In this document: positions 36,786-45,950 of the stretch, in pieces | Layout: every line of letters begins with the position of its first letter | How positions within the stretch are numbered: the first letter of the stretch is position 1 | NCBI GenBank assembly: GCA_035528895.1 | Contig: DATKXS010000038.1 | Span: 23,895-87,894, forward strand | DNA from: Candidatus Desulfaltia sp. | GTDB lineage: Bacteria; Acidobacteriota; Aminicenantia; Aminicenantales; UBA8522 | Length of the DNA: 64,000 bases | Direction: 5' to 3' | Notes under the pieces: generated by a model | Databases searched by the model: none | The model's input: the letters and a program-made list of their open reading frames with translations, nothing else | What the model was told of the DNA's origin: nothing | Program-made: the position numbers and the translations under genes

Positions 36786-37400
36786 CTATGTTCCTTGATC
36801 GATGATCTTCTGATAAACGAAGGCCGCCCGGATGTAGGCTTCCGCCGCCCCTTCGTAGTCGTTCTGAGCAAGCGCGCGCTGGGCTTCGTCTTCGCTCTCC
36901 TTGGCCACATTGAAGAGCCAGGGGTCCGGTTTTGCCGAGGCCGATTTTTCTGCCGCCTTCTTCATGCCCTCCACCAGATCCGCCAAGACCTTCAGGCAGT
37001 TCCCCGGTTCTCGACACTGGCTGCTGAGACGGAGAACCCGCTCCAAGACAGAAGACAGCGCCCGGCTGCCGGAGAAATCGCTTTTGTTCAAGGCGTCTTC
37101 CGCGTCCCTCTCGTGTCGGCCGGCCACCCAGTAAAGTACGTTCCCTCTGTCCGTACCCATCGCCTCAACGCGGCTCTTGGTCTCGGCAAGCTGGGACTTT
37201 GCAGCCAACGCCTTTTCTCTTTCCGAGACCAAGTTCAAGAGCGACTGCATCTCCTCCTGGCCTTCCTGTCTCCGCTTTAACGCCTCTTCAAACCGTCCCT
37301 CCTCGCGGAGCTTCTGGCCCTCGCGGATATTCTGGTAAGCGCTGTCCCATCTCTGGCTGAAGACGGGCTCGTCGGGAATGGCCGTTTTGATATTAGCCAT
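36786..37400 (-). CDS. Hypothetical coiled-coil protein (possibly the C-terminal part of a degraded kinase-derived gene)
   Basis: 204 aa, Glu/Lys/Ala-rich helical sequence. Its reading frame stays open upstream into the kinase-fragment ORF in the +1 frame, and there is no convincing RBS. Confidence 0.35.
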   Translation of the reverse strand: MANIKTAIPDEPVFSQRWDSAYQNIREGQKLREEGRFEEALKRRQEGQEEMQSLLNLVSEREKALAAKSQLAETKSRVEAMGTDRGNVLYWVAGRHERDAEDALNKSDFSGSRALSSVLERVLRLSSQCREPGNCLKVLADLVEGMKKAAEKSASAKPDPWLFNVAKESEDEAQRALAQNDYEGAAEAYIRAAFVYQKIIDQGT

Positions 37401-37441
37401 ATGTTTTTCAAAATCCAGGATACCCTGGAGCTCTTTTTGAC

Positions 37442-37843
37442 TCAGTTGCCTGAGGCTTTCGGGGCTGAGAAAAGAGAGGATACTCCTGCCTGTCTCGGTT
37501 TTCGAAACCGCAGATTCTTCCGGGCGAACCTCAGCTCGTTTCGGAAACGGTCGATGGCCTGGTCGTTGACGCTGATCTCAGGATGGATAAGCTTGAGGGC
37601 GATAACCTCCTTGATCTTCTGGTCGTACACTCTGTAAACACGACCCATCCCTCCCCTGCCCAGTTCTTCGATGATCTCATAACGCTCGGAAACTAGGGTC
37701 CCCCGGGCCAGGGCGGCCGGAGGTCGCTCGAAGGTCAGGGTTTTATCGATAGCGCCGCCTTCTGCGGTCTGAAGGGGAGTCGCACAGCGGTGGCAGAAGC
37801 GGCTGTCGGGCCGGTTATCAGCGTTGCATTGGGGACAGTTCAT
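37442..37843 (-). pseudogene. Truncated Ser/Thr protein kinase paralogue (zinc ribbon plus N-lobe only)
   Basis: CPQCNADNRPDSRFCHRCATPL zinc ribbon, then YEIIEELGRGGMGRVYRVYD...ALKLI...DRFRNELRFARK. It ends before the catalytic and activation loops. Close paralogue of the 39151 kinase N-terminus. Confidence 0.55.
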
Positions 37844-38214
37844 TGTCCATACTCTTTTCTACAAATACACCGCCTCAAGCGCCTTGTCAATCTGGCCGGC
37901 CATACCTTAGACTCCGGATCACATCCACCCCATTTCTATTTAACCCGGCCGAGGCGAAAAGCGTTCCCCTGGAGGCCGACCAGGCCTCCAAAAATCACCC
38001 GGTAATGCCACGGCCCGTTTTTTCAGAGCTTTGAGAGAGGCTTTTCCTTCCGGTCGCCGACGATTTTTTCAAATTTGTCCCGAAGTCTGGTCTCAGATGA
38101 TGGTTCGGTCTTTATTCCTAAAGAAAATAATGACACCGGCCTTCTGAGCATTGCGAAATACAGGATTAGAGAGCGACCGCGTCCCTGACAGATCCAGAAG
38201 CCGGAAATTTAACC

Positions 38215-38985
38215 CTACTTCCGGTTGACGAGATTCGTCGAAGCCTGGTCGGTCGGCATGACGATCATCTCGCTGATGTTGACATGCGGGGGCCGCGTGG
38301 CGCAGTAGACGACGGCGTCAGCGATATCGTCCGGGGATAATGGAGTCAGTCCCTGATAAACCTTCCCGGCCCGCTCCTTGTCTCCTCGGAACCGGACCAG
38401 GCTGAATTCGGTTTCCACCATGCCCGGGGAGACCTGGCTCACTCGCAGTCCCGTCCCTGAGAGGTCCAGGCGCATCCCCTTCGATAGGGCGTCGACAGCA
38501 AACTTGGTGGCGCAATAGACATTCCCGCCGGGATAGACCTCGTGACCGGCGATGGAACCGATGTTGATGACATGGCCGCGGCCCCGCTTCACCATGCCAG
38601 GGATGACGGCGCGGCTGACATAGAGCAGGCCTTTGATGTTGGCGTCGATCATCTCTTCCCAATCCTCGAGCTTGCCTTCGTGGAGCTTGTCCAGTCCCCG
38701 GCTGAGCCCTGCATTGTTAACTAGGACATCGATCGCCACCCATTCGGCCGGGAGTCCATTCACGGCGCGTTCTACAGCAGGCTGGTCCCGGACATCGATC
38801 GCCAGCAGAAGGATATCTTCTCCCGGTTTCCGTTTGAGTTCGACCGCCAAGTCCTCGAGCCGCTGGAGACGGCGGGCGGACAGGATCAGCCGGGCTCCCG
38901 TCCCCGCAAACGCCCGGGCGCAGGACCTGCCGATCCCAGCGCTGGCACCCGTTATGAAAACGACCTTGTCTTTCAATGAATCCAT
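38215..38985 (-). CDS. SDR-family oxidoreductase
   Basis: MDSLKDKVVFITGASAGIGRSCA..., NNAG, and Y-x3-K (YCATKFA), after a GAGGAG RBS. The annotated 586-aa ORF is an artefactual N-terminal extension antisense to the kinase. Confidence 0.8.
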   Translation of the reverse strand: MDSLKDKVVFITGASAGIGRSCARAFAGTGARLILSARRLQRLEDLAVELKRKPGEDILLLAIDVRDQPAVERAVNGLPAEWVAIDVLVNNAGLSRGLDKLHEGKLEDWEEMIDANIKGLLYVSRAVIPGMVKRGRGHVINIGSIAGHEVYPGGNVYCATKFAVDALSKGMRLDLSGTGLRVSQVSPGMVETEFSLVRFRGDKERAGKVYQGLTPLSPDDIADAVVYCATRPPHVNISEMIVMPTDQASTNLVNRK

Positions 38986-39150
38986 CAATGTTTCTCCTCG
39001 CCTAAACGTCGAGGGAAAAGGATAATGAACCATCGGTGGCCTGTCAACCTGAGAGGTCGAATCCGGCGTTCTTGGGATTGTTGATTTAGGGAACACGAAT
39101 AAATTTCGGTTTCGTTCGAATTTGACTCCCGACCAAGTTTTGAATATTCT

Positions 39151-41958
39151 TTGGACGATACAAAAGGACCCAGGGTTATGGAATGTCTCAATTGTGGGTT
39201 TGACAACCCCTCTGCCAGCCGCTTCTGCAATAAGTGCGGCACACAAATCGCAGCGATCGAGGAAGCCCCGCATCCTGAGACGAAGACCATTCAGATTCAG
39301 ATTAAAGAACTCATCCCGGGAAGTACATTTGCCAAGAGATACCAAATCATCGAGGAATTGGGAAAAGGGGGTATGGGACGGGTTTATAAAGTTTTGGACA
39401 ATGAAATCGGAGAGAAAGTCGCGCTGAAGCTCCTCAACCCTGAAATCGCCGCCGAAAGCAAAACCATCGAGCGCTTCCGCAACGAGCTCAAGACCGCGCG
39501 CCAGATCTCCCACAAGAACGTCTGCCGCATGTACCACTTCGCCATGGAAGAAGGCACCTCCTACATCACTATGGAATACGTGCGGGGTGAAGACCTCAAG
39601 AGCATGCTCCGGATGATGGGGAGGCTCAGCCCGGGCCAGGCCATCTCGATCTCCAAGCAAGTCTGCGAGGGTCTGGCCGAAGCTCACAAGCTGGGAGTGG
39701 TGCACCGGGACCTCAAGCCTCATAACATCATGATCGACCGCGATGGCAACATCAAAATCATGGATTTCGGGATCGCCCGCTCGCTCAAAACGAAGGGAAT
39801 AACAGGAACCGGGGTGATGATCGGCACTCCGGAGTATATGTCCCCTGAGCAAGTTGAGGGTCATGAGACAGACGAACGCTCGGATATCTATGCGCTGGGA
39901 GTCGTTCTTTACGAAATGCTGACCGGGCGAGTTCCCTTTGAAGGAGAGACACCCCTCAGTGTCGCTTTGAAACACAAGACCGAAACCCCACTGAATCCAA
40001 GTAAAATTAATCCTCAGATACCCGAAGAGCTAGGTTGGCTGATCCTCCGATGCCTGGAGAAAGATAAACAGAGCCGATTCCAGACGGCCGAGGAGCTTAT
40101 CGCTGAGTTCGATAGAATCGAGAAGGGCATCCCCGCAGCAGAAAGAGTCCTGCCCAAGGGAAAGCCTCTCACTTCGAAAGAGATCACGATAAAATTCAAG
40201 AGGAGATGGAGAGCCGTCGCCGCCGTCGCACTCATCGCAGTTGCCGGCGCATCTGCCATCCTCTATTTTGGTCGAGGGACACCCGTTACGAAAGCAGCAA
40301 GAAATAGGATCGTCGTCCTCCCGTTTGAAAATCTGGGCGCACCCGAAGACCAATATTTCGCCGACGGCATCACCGATGAAATCACGGCGCGCCTTGCCAG
40401 CATCAGCCAGCTTGAGGTCATCGGCCGGACGAGCGCCGTTCAGTACAAAAAAACAGACAAAAGTCCGCGCCAAATTGGAGAAGAACTGGGAGTGAGCTAT
40501 ATCCTCTCTGGCACAGTGCGCTGGCAGCGACAGCCTGGAGGGGTAAGCAAAGTGCGAGTGACGCCTTTTCTCATCAGGGTATCAGACGCTACGCAAATAT
40601 GGGCGAATGCTTATGATGAAACAATAGCGGAGGTCTTTCAGGTTCAATCCGCCATCGCTAGGACCGTGGCCGAAGCCCTTAATGTGTCGATTCTTGGGCC
40701 CGAACGAAAGGTGGTCGAAGCCAAACTAACGAATAATCCGGAGGCCTATGACTACTACCTGCGGGCGCGTGAATATATCAATAGAGGCGTCGAGAGCAGA
40801 GAAAATCTCACCATGTCCATTGAATTGTTCGAGAAGGCGGTCAAGCTGGACACCAGCTTTGTTCAAGCATACGCCGGGCTCGCTAGATCTCATGCTCATA
40901 TGTATTGGTTTCATTTTGACCATTCAGAAGAACGAGCAACAAAGTCTAAAGAGGCCGCGGATAAGGCCATCCAGCTAGGCTCAGACGTAGCAGAGGCTCA
41001 TCTTGCTCTCGGGATTTACTATTATAATTGCAAACTGGACTTTGATCAGGCCCTCGAACAGCTATCCATGGCCCTGGAAAAACAGCCGAGGAACAGCGAG
41101 GCGTTAAGATATGTTGCTTATGTCAAGCGTCGCCAGGGAAAACTTGATGAAATAGCCTTAATTCAGAAAAAGGCCTTAGAAATCGATCCTCTCTCCATTG
41201 AGATAATTGCAAGCATAGGCGATACATACGGCCTTCTGCGAGATTATGTTGAGGCAGAGCGTTATTATATGCGGGCCATAATACTCTCTCCTGATTATCT
41301 CCCCTCATATATCTCTCCCGGTGGTTCGCTTGCTTGCCTCTATCTTTATCAAATGGGAGATACAACAAAAACAATCGAAGTCCTCAACGAAGCCTCTAAC
41401 GAGAATGTTGCACCCGATGAAGAAAATTGGCTTCACTTTCTCTGGGCTGCGGCAAGTATCTTCGATAAGGCTTATGGGGAAGCATTGAGGCACGTCCCTT
41501 TAATGCCCTCAGAGGCTTTAGATGATCAATTCAGGTTTGTCCCAAAGAGCCAACTCTATGCTCAAATTTATGGGTTAATGGGCGAAATCCAGAAAGAGCA
41601 AGAATATTATCAGTCCGCGCGCACATTTCTCGAAAATAGGGTTAAAGAACAGCCGGATGATTCTCGATTTTACAGTGCCTTGGGAATCGCCTGTGCTGGT
41701 CTTGGGCTCAAGGAGAAAGCTATCCAGGAAGCCACAAGAGCCACAGAGATCCTTCCCGTCTCCAAGGAATATTGGCGGGGCATTTATAGAGTTAAGGACC
41801 TGGCGCAAGTCTATGTCATGGTAGGCGAATACGACAAGGCCTTTGACCAGATCGAATATCTTCTATCGATCGCCGGCGAATTGTCAGTCACGCTCCTCAA
41901 GCTCGATCCCGTTTGGGCCCCGCTCCGCTCCCTCCCCCGTTTCCAGAAACTCCTCTAA
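39151..41958 (+). CDS. Ser/Thr protein kinase with N-terminal zinc ribbon, transmembrane segment and C-terminal TPR-like repeats
   Basis: CLNCGFDNPSASRFCNKCG, ELGKGGMGRVYK, VALK, HRDLKPHN, DFG and PEY motifs. A hydrophobic helix (WRAVAAVALIAVAGASAILYF) precedes a long TPR-like C-terminal region. Confidence 0.8.
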   Translation: MDDTKGPRVMECLNCGFDNPSASRFCNKCGTQIAAIEEAPHPETKTIQIQIKELIPGSTFAKRYQIIEELGKGGMGRVYKVLDNEIGEKVALKLLNPEIAAESKTIERFRNELKTARQISHKNVCRMYHFAMEEGTSYITMEYVRGEDLKSMLRMMGRLSPGQAISISKQVCEGLAEAHKLGVVHRDLKPHNIMIDRDGNIKIMDFGIARSLKTKGITGTGVMIGTPEYMSPEQVEGHETDERSDIYALGVVLYEMLTGRVPFEGETPLSVALKHKTETPLNPSKINPQIPEELGWLILRCLEKDKQSRFQTAEELIAEFDRIEKGIPAAERVLPKGKPLTSKEITIKFKRRWRAVAAVALIAVAGASAILYFGRGTPVTKAARNRIVVLPFENLGAPEDQYFADGITDEITARLASISQLEVIGRTSAVQYKKTDKSPRQIGEELGVSYILSGTVRWQRQPGGVSKVRVTPFLIRVSDATQIWANAYDETIAEVFQVQSAIARTVAEALNVSILGPERKVVEAKLTNNPEAYDYYLRAREYINRGVESRENLTMSIELFEKAVKLDTSFVQAYAGLARSHAHMYWFHFDHSEERATKSKEAADKAIQLGSDVAEAHLALGIYYYNCKLDFDQALEQLSMALEKQPRNSEALRYVAYVKRRQGKLDEIALIQKKALEIDPLSIEIIASIGDTYGLLRDYVEAERYYMRAIILSPDYLPSYISPGGSLACLYLYQMGDTTKTIEVLNEASNENVAPDEENWLHFLWAAASIFDKAYGEALRHVPLMPSEALDDQFRFVPKSQLYAQIYGLMGEIQKEQEYYQSARTFLENRVKEQPDDSRFYSALGIACAGLGLKEKAIQEATRATEILPVSKEYWRGIYRVKDLAQVYVMVGEYDKAFDQIEYLLSIAGELSVTLLKLDPVWAPLRSLPRFQKLL

Positions 41959-42040
41959 AAATATTGAATTTTGTCAAAATTATTTATCTCATCTCATAAA
42001 AAAGACGCCACTGAGCTCAACTGACCGTTAACCGATTGAA

Positions 42041-42583
42041 ATGGCCAGGCAAAAACCCAACATCCTTGTTACTGGCCTGCCCGGCGTAGGCAAGACTACT
42101 TTCATCATCAATCTTGCGAAGAAACTGAAGGATTTTTCGATGGCCGGCTTTTATACAGCCGAGATCCGCGAAGCGGGCGTGAGAAAAGGGTTTGAGCTCG
42201 TCAGCCTCGATCGGAGAAGGTCAATTCTTTCCCACGTCGATATCAAGAGCGACTTTCGGGTCGGGCGGTATGGCGTTGATGTCAAGACATTCGAGGCGTT
42301 CCTGGATTCTCTAGGCCTGGCCCAAAGCGACGCTGATATCCTTCTGATCGACGAGATCGGCAAGATGGAGTGTCATTCGAATAAATTCAGGCGTCTGATC
42401 ACTTCCCTTCTCGACTCAAAAAAACCCTTGATCGCGACGATTTCTCTCAGAAGTGAGGCATTTATCTCGGAAATCAAGCGACGCCCGGATGTCCAGGTCG
42501 TCGAACTGACTGCAGCCAACCGCGAATGCCTAGCGACCGAGCTGGCAAACTCTGTCCGAAGTCTGATGGAGAGCAAAATCTAG
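42041..42583 (+). CDS. NTPase, THEP1-like P-loop family
   Basis: ILVTGLPGVGKTT Walker A, an FYTAEIRE...GFELVSLD segment and Walker B (IDEIGKME); about 180 aa. Confidence 0.65.
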   Translation: MARQKPNILVTGLPGVGKTTFIINLAKKLKDFSMAGFYTAEIREAGVRKGFELVSLDRRRSILSHVDIKSDFRVGRYGVDVKTFEAFLDSLGLAQSDADILLIDEIGKMECHSNKFRRLITSLLDSKKPLIATISLRSEAFISEIKRRPDVQVVELTAANRECLATELANSVRSLMESKI

Positions 42584-42651
42584 GCGGAACAGCTTGCCCA
42601 GATTCCGTGATACCGCGTCCCGGGAATTCGTAACGCGCTTTTCAGCAGGAT

Positions 42652-43854
42652 TTAGTTAATAACCCCGTATTTCTTCCCGACTTTGGTGAAGGCCTCGATG
42701 GCTCTGTCGAGGTGCTCTTGCGAGTGGGCGGCGGAAAGCTGAACACGGATTCTCGCCTGACCCTTGGGAACAACGGGATAGTAGAATCCGATGACATAGA
42801 TCCCCTCGGTGAGCAAGTCGCGGGCCATATCCTGGGAGAGTTTGGCATCATTCTCAAACTTGCCCAGCATGATCGGGCAGATCGGATGGTCGCTGGCCGG
42901 GATCTCAAATCCCGCCTTGGCCATATGGCTGCGAAAGTACTTATAGTTGGACTCCAGCTTGTCGCGAAGCTCGGTGGTCTCAGAGAGAAGATCGAAAATG
43001 GCGATCGAGGTGGCGATGACAACCGGCGAGACAGTGTTGCTGAAGAGATATGGCCTGGAGCGCTGGCGGTAGAGTCCGATGACCTCCTTCCGGCCGGAAG
43101 CGAATCCTCCCGAGGACCCGCCCAGCGCTTTGCCCAAGGTTCCGGTGATGAGGTCGATTTTGCCCATGACGTTTCTATACTCGGGGGTGCCGCGTCCGGT
43201 TTTCCCGACGAACCCGGAAGCGTGGGCATCGTCGATCATGACCAGAGCGTCGTACTTTTCGGCCAGAGGAACGATCTCGTGGAGCTTGGCGATGTCGCCG
43301 TCCATCGAGAAAACGCCGTCGGTGGCGACCATCCGGTACCGTTTGCTTTGCGTCTCTTTGAGTTTGGCTTCGAGGTCGGCCATGTCGCCGTGTTTATAGA
43401 TGAATCGCTCCGCTTTGCACAGGCGGATGCCGTCTATGACGGAGGCATGGTTGAGCTGGTCGGTAATGATGGCGTCATCGGCCAAGAGCAGAGGCTCAAA
43501 AACGCCGCCATTGGCATCGAAGCAAGCCGCATAAAGAATGGTGTCTTCGGTCCCCAGGAACCGGCTGATTTTCTCTTCAAGGATCTTATGGATATCCTGG
43601 GTGCCGCAAATAAACCGGACAGAGCTCATACCGTAGCCCCATTTATCGAGCGCCTCGTGAGCCGCCTGAATAACCTTGGGATGGCTGGATAGACCTAAAT
43701 AATTGTTGGCGCAAAAGTTGAGGACTTTCCGGCCGCCTTTGACCTCGATCTCAGCACCCTGCGGGGTCATGATGATCCTTTCCTCTTTGAACAGGCCCGC
43801 GTCGCGGATGGACTGAAGCTCTTTGGAAAGATTGTCTTTCACGTTTCCATACAT
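42652..43854 (-). CDS. kbl: Glycine C-acetyltransferase (2-amino-3-ketobutyrate CoA ligase)
   Basis: Near-colinear match to Kbl: [47 protein letters not shown] and [19 protein letters not shown]. Confidence 0.9.
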   Translation of the reverse strand: MYGNVKDNLSKELQSIRDAGLFKEERIIMTPQGAEIEVKGGRKVLNFCANNYLGLSSHPKVIQAAHEALDKWGYGMSSVRFICGTQDIHKILEEKISRFLGTEDTILYAACFDANGGVFEPLLLADDAIITDQLNHASVIDGIRLCKAERFIYKHGDMADLEAKLKETQSKRYRMVATDGVFSMDGDIAKLHEIVPLAEKYDALVMIDDAHASGFVGKTGRGTPEYRNVMGKIDLITGTLGKALGGSSGGFASGRKEVIGLYRQRSRPYLFSNTVSPVVIATSIAIFDLLSETTELRDKLESNYKYFRSHMAKAGFEIPASDHPICPIMLGKFENDAKLSQDMARDLLTEGIYVIGFYYPVVPKGQARIRVQLSAAHSQEHLDRAIEAFTKVGKKYGVIN

Positions 43855-44028
43855 ATAAACCTCCTTTTTTGAGACTTCAAACTATAGCTTCACTCTAGGA
43901 CTTTGTCAATTTTTTTCTAATATTTCTCAAACTTCAAATGGAATTGCCTTTGGGGTGGGCTTGTGTTATAAGTGAAACTCATTCGGTCTCTCTGATCGAG
44001 ACATTTTTATCCAGAGGGAGGTCATTCA

Positions 44029-45008
44029 TGAATACAGAAACCAAAAAAATCATGGTCACGGGAGCCGTCGGGCAGATCGGCTCCGAGCTCACCATGGCCC
44101 TGCGCGACAAATACGGAAACGACAGTGTCCTGGCCACCGGCCATAAAACCCAGCCCAGCAAAAAGCTGCTCGAATCCGGCCCCTTCGAGTTCATCAATGT
44201 TTCCAAACGCGAGACCTTCGACGACCTCATCAAGAAATACAAGATCGACACGATTTATCATATGTCGGCCATCCTCTCCGCTGCCGGGGAGAAGAATCCC
44301 AAGCTCTGCTGGGATGTCAATATGAACGGCACATACAACATCCTGGAAGCGGCCGTCGATCATAAACTGGTCAGGGTTTTTATCCCCAGCTCGATCGCCG
44401 CTTTTGGTCCGGAGACGCCGCGGGTGAACACCCCGAACGATACGATCCTTAAGCCCAAGACCATGTACGGCGTGACCAAGGTGGCGGGCGAGCTCCTCTG
44501 CGACTACTACGTCAAGCGTTTCAACGTCGATGTCCGCGGCTGCCGCTATCCCGGCATCATCAGCTATGAGACTTTTCCCGGAGGGGGCACGACAGACTAT
44601 GCTGTAGCCATCTTCTTCGAGGCGGTCAAGAACAAGAGCTACACCTGCTTTCTGCGTGAGGATTCAAGACTCCCGATGATGTACATGCCCGATTGCCTGA
44701 AGGCGACCTTCGACCTGATGGAAGCAGACTCCTCAAAGCTCAAGCACCATTCCGACTTTAACGTAACGGCGATGAGCTTCTCGGCCGGTGAACTCGCCGC
44801 CGAGATTAAAAAGCACATCCCGGAATTTCGGGTCGCCTATGAGCCTGACTTCAGGCAAGCGATCGCCGATTCCTGGCCGCAATCGATCGACGATTCCGCG
44901 GCCCAGCAAGAATGGGGCTGGAAGCCAGATTACGACCTGGCCAGGATGACGGCGGACATGCTCAGTGTCCTGAAGAAGCGACACGAAGCCGGCACTCTGG
45001 AATACTGA
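44029..45008 (+). CDS. tdh: L-threonine 3-dehydrogenase, NAD-dependent epimerase/dehydratase (extended-SDR) type
   Basis: KIMVTGAVGQIGSEL Rossmann motif, YGVTK catalytic Tyr/Lys, and overall similarity to GalE-like TDHs. ATG after a GAGGGAGG RBS, divergent from kbl. Confidence 0.75.
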
Positions 45009-45020
45009 GAGAAAGCCCGC

Positions 45021-45929
45021 TTATTCAAAAAACGCACGCGGCAGTGCGACTAAGTCAAGGGACTCATAGAAACGTTCAATTCGGACGGAGATCTCCTTGA
45101 TGGCGGCGAGGACCTCAACAGGAAGGACAAGCGCCGCCTTCGCCACTTCATCTTCATAAAGATTGTGGTGGAGATAGGCGGGCTCGGCTCGGCCGAACCA
45201 GATTTCCGCTTCCCATGATCTCTGGTTGAAGGAGCGGGTGACAAATTTGTCCTCGGATAGCCTGAGACAGTCTCCGGAATCAACATAGGCGAGTATTCCG
45301 TGATTGGAAAAGGGTCGGGAGGCCAGGTTGGCATACAGACAGACATGCCTGCCTCCGAAAGCGATGGAGCGGATGGAAAAAACATAGGCTCCGACGCGCG
45401 AATCAACCCACTCCTGGAGAAGACGGCTGTAATCCCGGGCGGTCTCCTCTCCCAGGTCCTCCGGGCTATCGATCAGCTTGAAATCCCGGCCGCCCCGGCC
45501 GAGCCGACGCTTTCCGACCAGCCGTCCTTTTTGAACGAGAAAACGCTCGGCCTCAGCACGGTTCCCAGGGTCGAAGACTCTTGTCTCTGGCATTGGTATC
45601 AAGGGACTAAGAATCTGATGTTGAACCCACTTGTCTTCGAGCCTCAGGGCAGGGTGGAAGGTTTCCGGAAACGGCCCCTGCGCGTCCAGCCAGAGCTTGA
45701 ACGGCTTTAGGCTTTCCAACCAAGGGGGGGAATGGAGATATTCCCGGAACGGCTTCCGATAAACCTCCCGGGAGATCTGTTCGATCGTCCGGAAGACGTC
45801 CGAGGGACGGCCGGTGTGGACGAGACAGGTCAGATCGTATTCCTGGGCGCCTCCGGGGAGTCCGAGGTTGACTTCAACAATGTATGGCCGGAGGTCCGGG
45901 GCGACCAGGAAATCGATCCCCAGGTACAT
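45021..45929 (-). CDS. Hypothetical protein beginning with an ATP-grasp-like C-terminal motif
   Basis: MYLGIDFLVAPDLRPYIVEVNLGLPGG resembles the end of an ATP-grasp fold. The rest is unrecognised, and the upstream ATP-grasp portion is absent. Starts 21 nt after the TonB-receptor stop, behind a G-run. Confidence 0.35.
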   Translation of the reverse strand: MYLGIDFLVAPDLRPYIVEVNLGLPGGAQEYDLTCLVHTGRPSDVFRTIEQISREVYRKPFREYLHSPPWLESLKPFKLWLDAQGPFPETFHPALRLEDKWVQHQILSPLIPMPETRVFDPGNRAEAERFLVQKGRLVGKRRLGRGGRDFKLIDSPEDLGEETARDYSRLLQEWVDSRVGAYVFSIRSIAFGGRHVCLYANLASRPFSNHGILAYVDSGDCLRLSEDKFVTRSFNQRSWEAEIWFGRAEPAYLHHNLYEDEVAKAALVLPVEVLAAIKEISVRIERFYESLDLVALPRAFFE

Positions 45930-45950
45930 CCCGCCCCCCCGTCGTCAGGA

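Noticed and set aside
38215-39975. 586-aa ORF spanning the SDR gene and extending antisense into the kinase gene
   Set aside because: Only the last 256 aa form a coherent SDR with its own RBS and ATG at 38985. The N-terminal 330 aa are antisense to the well-supported kinase.
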